64,000 nt of DNA, from positions 115,940,001 through 116,004,000 of the forward strand of contig NC_042999.1 of NCBI RefSeq assembly GCF_006345805.1, given 5' to 3'. The stretch is from Octopus sinensis (Eukaryota). Shown here piece after piece: positions 54,512 through 64,000 of the stretch (positions are counted from its first letter, which is position 1; each line of letters begins with the position of its first letter). The notes under the pieces were generated by a model. It made no database searches and had not been told where the DNA came from. It saw only the letters and a program-made list of their open reading frames with translations. A program made the translations under genes and the position numbers.

Positions 54512-55714
54512 TAGGATAAAAGCCCCTCGGACAAAGCCCCCGGACAAAAGTCCCACGGTTATATTTTCGGTTATTTCTTTGTTTTTCTCACCTTTTACGT
54601 GTTTTACTCATTAAACTGTGGCGAAACTGGGGCACCGCCATGAAGAATTTTTAGTTGAACGTATCGACCCCAGAATTTTTTTAAAGGGTTTTCGACCAGC
54701 GGATGAAGTTAAGCCTAGAAGGTGTCTCTACATGCTACAAATAACAGCCAAATCATTTGAAATATTTTTCATAACACCCTCGGTTATATATTTTGGTTAT
54801 CCTTCGTTTTTTTTTTTTTTTTCTAAAATCTTTTTACTTGTTTAAGTTATTGAACTGCGGCCATGCTGGGGCACCGCCTTGAACAATTTTTAGTCGCAGA
54901 AAAATCAGCATTTTAAAATATAAATTTGAAGTCTTTTTGTTTTCTTCTCTCATTACTTACAGATTAATGAGAATGAGCTCAGTTTTGAACTTTCTCCGGC
55001 TGTTATAAGTCTAACAGAATTATGGCACCGAAGGCTAGTCATTCAAACGTAATTCTTATCGTTTTTGTTTCTACACATTTCTTGAAGTAAATGCTTTCCC
55101 TTTTGTTAGAATTCAGACAATATGTAAATTGAGTAGTAAAGAATCTTGTGTTCTGTTATTCTATTCTACTTATTTATTTTCGATTGAATATATTTTGTTT
55201 ACTTAAAAATTGGAATTTTGGAAAATAAAAGTTCTTTTTTACAACTACGATTTCCGTTCGTGTTTACGTGAAATTATAAAAATAATTTTAAAAAAAAATA
55301 TCTTGCTGTTATTTGTAGCATGTGGAGAAGCCTTCTAGGCTTACTTCATACTCTGGTTGAAAAATCATTAAAAATATTCTGCTGTCGACTAAAAATTCCT
55401 CAAGGTGATGTCCCAGCATAGCCGCAGTCTAATGACTACAACAAGTAAAAAGAAAAAAAAACGAAATATATCCATACAGCCATCTAAAAATATTTCAAGA
55501 TGGTGCCCCAGCATTGCCGACCGCAGTCTAATAACTGCAACTAGTAAAAAAAATTCTGGGGTCGATGCGTTCAACTAAAAATTCTTTAAGGCGGTACCAC
55601 TGCATGGTCACAATCTAATGGCCGAAACAAGTATAAGGTGAAAAAAACAAAAAAAAAATAACCGAAAAATATAACCGTGGGGCGTTTGTCCGTAGGGAGG
55701 GGGCTTTTGTCCGT
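54512..55714. mobile_element. Fold-back (Mutator-like) non-autonomous element with long TIRs
   Basis: Terminal tandem GGACAAAAGCCCC units at both ends in inverted orientation; ~54512-54760 inverse-homologous to ~55300-55714. Confidence 0.65.
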
Positions 55715-55771
55715 ATATATATATGTGTGTGTGTGTGTGTATGTGTGCGTATGTGGGGGTATGTATGTATG

Positions 55772-55881
<110 letters not shown>

Positions 55882-57097
55882 GTCCGTGATTCCGAACGTA
55901 GGGCATGGTAATATTTTGGTGGGGCATGCGTAGGGTTATGTTGAATTTATACCTCTTGTACACAATTGAACGAAATGTATGTCCGTGTTAATATATACAG
56001 TGCATATACAGTATGTAGATATACATAAAAAATTTTGTCGACATTTATATTCCATATTCAGAATTTTTTGTTTTGAATATGTCTTTAAATAATTCTTAAT
56101 TATTCAATTATCTTTCATGTTTATTCTAATTACTTTGAATATAAACTCTCTATGTCCCAATTTACTATTAGGAAAAATAGCCGACAAGCCGTATTAACAC
56201 CACCAAGATATTAAAGATTTATCAAATAATTTTATTTCTTTGCATAAAATGAGTAGTGCCAGTAAAAACAAAGTTCATCAATGTTCAGAGGAATATTTAA
56301 AATTTGGATTTATACCCACTATCCACGATGAACGGTCACCTTTCTGCCTCTTATGGCAACAATGCTTGACTAACGAATCAATGAACCAAATCAATGAACC
56401 AAATCGTCTTGAGTTGCATTTGAAGACGAAACATATAAATTCATATTTAAATTATTTTAAGTCTTTAAAGGAGAAGTTTGCAAAAAGATAGACAATAATA
56501 TCTCTGTTTACTACACAAACTGCTAGCGCCCGTCGTACTCTTGAGGCTAGTTATGAAATCTCATTACTCATTGCTAAATGTGGAAAAAAATCATTCTATT
56601 GGAGAGGATTTAATTAAACCATCAATATCAGCATTTTTAAAACAGTCCTGGAAAAAGATGACAAAGTTGTTCAAGCCATGCTACTCAGTAACAATATTGT
56701 TAGTAGAAGACTACATGAAATGAATGAAGGTATTGAAACACAACTTGTTGAAAAGCTGAAATCAAGAAAATTCTCATTAAAATTGACGAATCATCTCTAA
56801 GAGATAGCGAGGTCGTATTGATAAACTATGCAAGATATATTGATAAAGGTGAATTTGATGAAGATATGATATTCTACAAATCATTAGACTCCACCACTAC
56901 CGCCACTGATATATATATATATGATGAGTTAAAAAAATTACTTGGATATCAAAATTATACCGATAGAGAACGTAAGATCTTGTACTGCAGCTGGTGCTCC
57001 TGTTATGATGGGCAAGAGAAAAGGCTGCTTAAAATTGATGAAAGATGAGAATCCAGAAATTCCTCTTGTGCACTGTGTTATTTAATGAGGTACTAAA

Positions 57098-57375
57098 TGT
57101 AGTAGGGATGATGAAAGGAGCACAACAGAACAAGGAAAAGGAAATAGAAGTGCAATTAGGTCTTACCTGACCGGGGATGAAGTCGGATGGCCTTCAGCCA
57201 ACTTGCTAACGTCTTGTCGTCTTCGTGCCTTCCTGGGGTCTGTCCCAACTCGTCGATGCCGCACGTGCGTTCTGTCTGTCACTTCCGCTTCCGCCGGCGC
57301 ATGCGCCCTGCAAGACCTGCAAGACCCACTTCCGCTCCCCTCCATTCCGTCACACTCCTTCATCATCACACCACA
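57098..57375 (-). repeat. 3' LTR (278 bp)
   Basis: Direct repeat of 61075-61354. Confidence 0.97.
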
Positions 57376-57386
57376 CGCCCCCCTGA
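57376..57386 (-). other. Polypurine tract
   Basis: AGGGGGGCG immediately before the 3' LTR on the minus strand. Confidence 0.75.
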
Positions 57387-57411
57387 TCTATAGATCACTG
57401 AACCGGCTTCC

Positions 57412-60319
57412 TCACTCGCTCCCGCACCTGAAACTGGTTTCATAATCAGCCAACCAGGGAGGAGGGTGCCGCTCCCTCTGTGGTCGCAGCGCGACCCTAG
57501 GACTTGTTTCTGGTGTGTTGCTGTCGACCTCGTCATCCTGTCGGTTGTTTTCGTCTTGCCCACTGTTGCTTGTCCCATCCTCTGGGGCATGGACAATACT
57601 CCGTATGTCCAAAACGTGGCGTGGCATACCATCGATCGAGATGTTATTTTTTGAATTTACGGAGGTTATTGTCCCCTTTCCCCATTGCGATGTACACCGT
57701 GCGCTTGGGGGTTTTACCCAGACTTCCTCCCCGACCTGCACGAAGGCGTGCTCTTCCTCTGCCCCGGGTCGCATTGATGTAGTACACGGATGCCTCCACT
57801 CGTACCTGAATATTGCCCTGTGTGGCACCGATTCCTCAGCCTGTCCGGATCGGGGAGACAAGTTGTACCAAAAAACTGCTTCAAGCGGCGAAATGTGCCC
57901 TCTTTCCGCTATGGCCTTGACTGTCCGATGGTGCCTCTCCACGATCCCGTTACCGCCCGGCCTATACGCTGCTCTGAACAAGCGTCGCACGTTCCACCGA
58001 TCAAGCATAACCCTCAATGCTTCCGAACGAAACGCCGCCCCGTTGTCCATCAGTAGTTCTTCCACGGGACCTCTCTCTAAAAATATCCCGTTCGGGATCT
58101 GCACGATCTCGTCAGCAATGCCCGATCTCAACTCCCTCCAAATGGCCAGCCGGCCCGGCCCACAGTCGACCATGGAGAGGTACATTCGCTGACGGTTGTG
58201 TGTCACATCCACAGCTAGCCTTTTCCAGTTCTGCTCCACGGAAAGGCTTCCCTGTTCATGCCCACACGGAGCAGGGTCGATGGACTGACACCTGTCGCAG
58301 CTCCCGACCACCTTCCGGACGCTTCTCCTGGTCACGTCAGCATCAATCTTTTTTGCCAGATACAGGGTCCTGTCCACACCAGGTGATGCATAGCGTGCAG
58401 TTTTTCAGTTCAGAGTCATCCAACCGACACGCGCAGCTATCCCTTTCCGGGCCTCCTCCGGTTCTTCCAACCACGCCCTTTTCATCCTGGTCAGTACGTC
58501 CGCCTTGTTTTTCTCCGAAGGCACGAAGACCACGTTCAGCTTCAGTCCGAATTCGGCGATCAATTCACCTAGAACTCCTAGACGGCGCTTCACTAACATC
58601 TCCGCAGCACCTTTCGTCCGCACTCTCCTGTCACCGGTGATCACCGATCCTACCCAGCCAAGCACAGTGGCCGAATCCGTCCGCATTTCAATCGTGCGCA
58701 GCCCCCATTTCAAGGCCAAGTTCACCCCTTTCAGCAGCGCGTCTAATTCGGCGACATTGATGTGGTTGATGAATCATTGCTGCTTCCGAAGCCAGGCCGC
58801 GTCCTCCACCGCAGTGCCTTCGATTGCCAACACCACCCCTATCGCTATACTGCTAGCATCACACCAGACAGTCCCGCATTTCGTCCTGGGCACGTACCAG
58901 CGGGTCTTCCGCTCTTGTCCTCTCTAGGATCTCCTGCATCATCGCCACCGTCCCTTCTCCCACCTTGTCGCCCCACCTCTCCTTCCGCTCGCTCTTGGGT
59001 GTAACTACACGCCGTGCGCAGCCATCCAGCGATCGGGTAGTGACCGACCAACTTCCCACACACCGAGAACAGCTCTCTCCTGCTGACGCTGGAACTCAGC
59101 TCTGGGATTTCATTTCCTCTCCGGAACACCAATTCACCTGATCTATCTCTTCGCAGCTTCAGCCCCAGCGCGGCTCCCCCTTCAATCGACTCCGGTGGCT
59201 TAGCAATCAGTCCGAACTTCTCCAGATGTCTCACTACCTCGTCGGCTGGCACTACAGTTTCGTCCACCAAAATGTCGTCAATGTAGGAGCTGGTGGCCTT
59301 TCTAATCTTGCCGTCTTCCCTAGGACGGACCTAAGCACTGCCGCCATGATCTTCGGAGCGGAATTCAGCCCGAAACCCAGCCTGGTTAGACAGTACGTCC
59401 GGCCCTTGTACCGCACCAGCTGATATCGCCATAGTTTGTCGCTCACGTGGAGCTGCAAGTATGCCGATCTCAAGTCGACAATCGTCGCTGCCTCAGTCGA
59501 CTGTCTCCACTTACGTAATGCCTCACCACAAACGTCTGTCGCCTCACCTCCCGTGTGACACAATATGTGCTGGTTTAGCTCCCTGAAGTCCAGCACCGGT
59601 CTGACTTTTCCCTTCGTAGGCTGCACCACCGCCATCAGGGGTAGCACTCCGCCCGCTACCTCCTCCTTCCAAGGGACAAGGACCCCTTCCTCGATCCACC
59701 TCTCCACCTCGTCTTCAAACTCAACCCTGGCGTGGCCTTTCAGGGTATGCTGGTAACAGCTCACCCTGTTCTCCAGTGTCGGGGGCTCGTCCTTCCATTT
59801 CCACTCTATCGTCCACCGCTGACCATCGAACGCCGCCTGAAAGTCTTTGTCCTCGATGGTGTAAGCGGCGCAGTCCCTCGCGGGGCTCTGCTCCCTCTGG
59901 CGATCCTGACTCGCAGTGCACGACGCCCCCACGCTTCCCAACGTGACCTCATTTCCCACAACACTGACGCCACCGAGGCAGTTGATGGCGTCCATCCCCA
60001 TCACCACATCAACTCCATTTATCACGCGTTCGGCCACAATTGCCTGTAGCCCTAGCGTCGCGCCGCGCACCACTATCTCTACCTTGCTGCTGCCTCTGCA
60101 ACGGATTTCGCTGCCGTCGACCGCCCGGACACTACACACCCCGTTCCATTCCTTCGTCACCCTCGAAGTCACCAGGGTGGTCGTACAGCCCGTATCCACA
60201 AGGGCCTTGAACGTCTCCCCCTCGGCCTCCACGTCAATCAATGGCAGTGTCTCCAATAGCGCCTCTACTCGTTTGAGGGGAAAGTTCGAGAGGCAGCAAC
60301 TTCCCCGCGGTCGTTTCCC
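57412..60319 (-). pseudogene. pol: pol: protease, RT, RNase H, integrase; several frameshifts
   Basis: LVDTG; LRSAYLQL, LGFGLNSAP, SYIDD; CDAS, INVAEL, RTDS, NKAD; HH..CDRC, AVDVT, MDNG, NGIVER. Confidence 0.92.
60258..60319 (-). promoter_or_regulatory. -1 ribosomal frameshift signal: G-GGA-AAC + predicted H-type pseudoknot
   Basis: Heptamer 60319-60313 in gag frame; pol is in the -1 frame; stems GGGGAAGTT/AACTTTCCCC and GCCTCT/AGAGGC. Confidence 0.8.
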
Positions 60320-61029
60320 TGGCCGCAATCACGGGCAATGTGCCCTGTCTGCCTGCATCGATAGCAAACGGGCCCCGGCTGCGTACAGTCCCGCGCCATG
60401 TGCGGTCTCTGGCATTTAAAACACCGTCCTGAGAACGGCCGCTCTCGTTGCACGGTGGGCTTCCGTACCTCTTTCTCGGGACGTCGTCCGTCTTTACGCG
60501 CCTCCGTCACCGCCATCGCTATCGCCTTCCGCCCCGAGTGTCTCGTCAACCTGCGAGCATGAGTTACAAGTTCGCTCAATGGCATCTTTTTGACCCCGGG
60601 CAGTCGTTGTAGGTGAATCCCTACATCATCGGGGAACCCATTCACGAACGCCAGTCGGGCTGCTCTCTCCAGTCCTTCTCCGGCAAACCCGGCCAGAGTC
60701 GCTAGCCTTCTAGCTTCCGATGCAAAATCATCCACCTGGCCTCCCGTCCACCTGATTGCACCCAGCTTAGCGAAAGCTGTGTACTCGCATTCCGTGTATG
60801 CGTCACACAAGCGCCGCTCTATATTCCCATCGCAGAGCCGTTCTTTTTCATCCATCTCTGGGTAAAGCGACAACGCACTCCCTTCCAAATACAGCGCCAT
60901 AAGACTCGCCACGTCGCTTATGCCCTGCAGTCTCGCCACCAGCCTGATTTTCTGAATCCAGGCCACTACATCGCCTTCGCCGTTAAAAGGTCTGACGACG
61001 TCACTGGCGATCCTAATTTTTGCAGACAT
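60265..61029 (-). CDS. gag: gag, 254 aa, two CCHC zinc knuckles
   Basis: Open frame from MSAKIRIASD; CFKCQRPHMARDC and CYRCRQTGHIARDC. Confidence 0.9.
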   Translation of the reverse strand: MSAKIRIASDVVRPFNGEGDVVAWIQKIRLVARLQGISDVASLMALYLEGSALSLYPEMDEKERLCDGNIERRLCDAYTECEYTAFAKLGAIRWTGGQVDDFASEARRLATLAGFAGEGLERAARLAFVNGFPDDVGIHLQRLPGVKKMPLSELVTHARRLTRHSGRKAIAMAVTEARKDGRRPEKEVRKPTVQRERPFSGRCFKCQRPHMARDCTQPGPVCYRCRQTGHIARDCGQGNDRGEVAASRTFPSNE

Positions 61030-61062
61030 CGTGTTGAAAAAAAATGTGAACGCTGACGAACT

Positions 61063-61074
61063 GCCGAAATAGCT
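61063..61074 (-). promoter_or_regulatory. Non-canonical primer-binding site complementary to tRNA-Phe nt 1-12
   Basis: + strand GCCGAAATAGCT (the 5' end of metazoan tRNA-Phe GAA, from memory) abuts the LTR with no gap. Confidence 0.75.
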
Positions 61075-61354
61075 TGTAGTAGGGATGATGAAAGGAGCAC
61101 AACAGAACAAGGAAAAGGAAATAGAAGTGCAATTAGGTCTTACCTGACCGGGGATGAAGTCGGATGGCCTTCAGCCAACTTGCTAACGTCTCGTCGTCTT
61201 CGTGCCTTCCTGGGGTCTGTCCCAACTCGTCGATGCCGCACGTGCGTTCTGTCTGTCACTTCCGCTTCCGCCGGCGCATGCGCCCTGCAAGACCTGCAAG
61301 ACCCACTTCCGCTCCCCCCCCCATTCCGTCACACTCCTTCATCATCACACCACA
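61075..61354 (-). repeat. 5' LTR (280 bp)
   Basis: Differs from the 3' LTR by one substitution plus variation in a C-run. Confidence 0.97.
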
Positions 61355-62529
61355 CTAAAATCAGTTATAAAATGAATCAAAGGTATCAAAGCTAATGCCA
61401 AATGTGAGCGTCTTTTCAAGTAGTTTTGTGAAAATAAAAATGCAGACTGTGAGACTTCTATCTCACACTGAGGTAAAGTGGCTCTCAACGGGGAACTATT
61501 TGATGTTCGTAGTGACTTTTTAAGTGACGAACCTGAAATGAAGCACCTGCTAACCGTTGATGGTAAAGCATTTATGAGTTATTTGACAGATATCTTTGAA
61601 TATGTTAAATAAACATCTTTAAGGATCAAATAAAACTCTTGTTGGTGCAACGACTAAGATATTTGGCTTTGTTACATTCATTGAGCTATGTCGAAAAAAT
61701 ATTTCTGACAAAATATTTGACCAGTTTCATTGGCTAAAATGTGAGGTGACCGATGCTGCTGTACTTGTCATTGTGGATCATCTGAAAATATTGGCCTCTG
61801 ATTTGAAAGAAATATTTTCTGATTTAAAACAAATTGATTTTCCAGCATGGATGATGCAGCCAATGCTAGTGGAAATATCTGATGCTTCGATATACTACCA
61901 AGAACTCCCGGAAATACAAAATGATGAGTCAATTAAAACTTTATTCAATATAAAATGAGTGATGTCATGGCTTTGTGATGACACACAAACCAAATACCCA
62001 AGTTCAACCAACTTTGCAAGAAAATTGTTGTTACCGTTCCTATCTTCATATTTAGCTGAATGTGGCTTTAGTGCTGTAAATGATTTGTTATTGAAGAAAG
62101 AAATCAACTGGATATCACTAAACGAGGAAACTCGAGACTAGAGCTGACTAAATTGGTACCTAATGTAAAACCTCTCTGTAGCAGGCATGAAGCACAAGGA
62201 TCTCATTAACTTTAGTTTGCTTTTTCTATATTCAAACATTTTATATTTCAGCATTTCAGTTCTCTATTACATGTTTTTGAAACTTTATTTATTTAACTAC
62301 CCTTCCATTTTTTCTTTTTCTTTTTCATGAATGCCACGTTCTTCGGAAGCTTGTTTAGAGATTAAGTTAACAGCCTTTTAAGCTTCCTCCAAGTGAAGAG
62401 TAGTAATATTCTGAATAACAAAATTAATTATCACAAGGGGGCATCAGGACTTTAGAAATGATTCGGTGAAGCATGGCCAAAAATCTGTTGGAACCACTGA
62501 TATATATATAGATAAATACACACACAACA

Positions 62530-62560
<31 letters not shown>

Positions 62561-62608
62561 CCACACACACACACACACCACACACACAACACACACACAC
62601 ACACACAC

Positions 62609-62677
<69 letters not shown>

Positions 62678-62933
62678 TATGTATATATATATATACGTAT
62701 ATGTGTGTGTGTGTGTAACTGTTTGGACTGTGGGTACATGTCTATTAGTATTTCGATTAAAGCACATTCACCTTTTGGACTACTTGATATCAAGAATTAA
62801 AATATAATTTTCGTTGCATCTGAGTCAGAAAATCCGCTGTGTTTGTTGAGTTATAATTTATGAGGGAAACGGAAAATGGATTTAGAATAAAGACACATAT
62901 TAAACCCATCGTCCATTTCCCTCGTCAATTATA

Positions 62934-62976
<43 letters not shown>

Positions 62977-62989
62977 TGTGTGTGTGGGT

Positions 62990-63032
<43 letters not shown>

Positions 63033-63039
<7 letters not shown>

Positions 63040-63261
63040 GTTAGCTGAAAAGCTTTATGGTAGCTTTATGGATTTCGCGAAAGGCCTGGTTGGAAGAGGC
63101 CTAACCCTTTCGAGTTCTTTTACTGTGCTTAGAAAAACTAAAGGACCGCTGCAACAAGTGTGTGAATTTGAGGAAGAAATATGTTGAATAAAATCATAAT
63201 TAACTGATCCTCCTGAATTTTTTTTTACCCAAAGCCAGAAACTATTCAGCACCCCCTTGTA
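63033..63261. mobile_element. mariner-derived MITE
   Basis: Degenerate TIRs CGAGGGTTAGCTGAAAAG / CTATTCAGCACCCCCTTG+TA. Confidence 0.5.
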
Positions 63262-63316
63262 TATATACATACATACATGCATGCATGTAAAGGTCCAGTA
63301 ATGGTCAGCTTGCAGT

Positions 63317-64000
63317 CTACGGATTCCTGAATCCATACTTGGTGCGTGTTATTAATACGTCCAGGAATGCCAGCCGATTGTCTTTTTCCTTTTCCCTTGT
63401 GAACTGCATGGATGGCTTTATTGAGTTCACATGATCTTCCTGGTGGGGCCAGAGTATAAAGGTGTCATCAACATATCGTAGCCATAGTGTTGGTTCTAGT
63501 GTTGTTGATCCTAAAGATAAATTCTCAAAGTATTCCATGTATATACTGGCTATTACTGGTGATAATGGCGAACCCATAGCTAAACCCTCCTTTTGTCGAT
63601 ATATATCAGTGTCCATACTGACGTAGGTAGTTTCTACACAGAAGGTCAACATTTCCATCAAGTTTCTTATTGGTATACTAGTGCATTCTTTTAGATGGGT
63701 GCGTGTCACTAGTTTTTCTTGTATCACCGATAGTGCTTCACCAGTTGGGACTTTGGTGAACAGGCTTATCACATCTAGACTCACCATCTGGTTGGATTCA
63801 ATGGGAGTATCCTTGATCAATTCTGTGAAGTGGGTGGAATTCTTCACGTACCATGTTGACTTTCCTGCTAATGGACTGATTATATCCACAAGGAAGCGGC
63901 TCAGTGGATAACATGCTGAACCACCACAGCTCACTATAGGTCTTAATGGAATACCATCCTTGTGAATCTTACGGGGACCGTACATGTGTGGTAGTTTACT
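63317..64000 (-). mobile_element. Penelope/Poseidon-type RT fragment (continues beyond window)
   Basis: YGPRKIHKDGIPLRPIVS, SLDVISLFTKVP, GLAMGSPLSP, WLRYVDDTF, LAFLDV. Confidence 0.9.

Larger units (their letters stand above)
57098..61354 (-). mobile_element. Young compact LTR retrotransposon, Gypsy domain order (gag; PR-RT-RH-IN)
   Basis: TG...CA LTRs, 5-bp TSD CTAAA (57093-57097 and 61355-61359), GC-rich body. Confidence 0.97.
55884..62499 (+). mobile_element. Buster/Charlie-type hAT transposon (ZBED8/SCAND3-like transposase), degraded, split by the LTR element
   Basis: EEYLKFGF, HSIGEDLIKP, HCVI, HTEVKWLS, FLSSYLAECGFSAV; TIR-like CCGTGATTCCGAAC / GTTGGAACCACTG. Confidence 0.9.

Noticed and set aside
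57466-60419. + strand ORFs of up to 225 aa in the LTR element
   Set aside because: Antisense shadows of GC-rich pol with no recognisable motifs
61075-61354. Tf1-style self-priming as the explanation for the odd PBS
   Set aside because: No GCCGAAATAGCT found on the sense strand of the LTR

Overview
Repeat-saturated, AT-rich metazoan DNA. The SINE families and (TA)n/(CA)n/(ATT)n/(CATA)n microsatellites resemble those of Octopus (inference, no database check). No intact host gene is evident, and most listed ORFs are microsatellite or antisense artefacts. The window holds nested mobile DNA: two tRNA-derived SINE families, hAT, mariner/maT/rosa-like and MULE relics, MITEs, non-autonomous Helitrons, Penelope-like elements (PLEs) and one young 4.26-kb LTR retrotransposon (57098-61354, minus strand) inserted in a Buster-type hAT. 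Highlights: (1) The LTR element has no canonical TGG primer-binding site. The 12 nt abutting its 5' LTR are exactly complementary to nt 1-12 of metazoan tRNA-Phe, suggesting priming by a short 5' tRNA fragment. It also has a G-GGA-AAC -1 frameshift site with a predicted pseudoknot. (2) Three near-perfect fold-back palindromes at 41.8-44.1 kb each carry a different hammerhead-ribozyme motif, including core variants. (3) A MITE encloses a (TTAGGG)n tract. (4) An ORF1/gag-only poly(A) retroelement is present.
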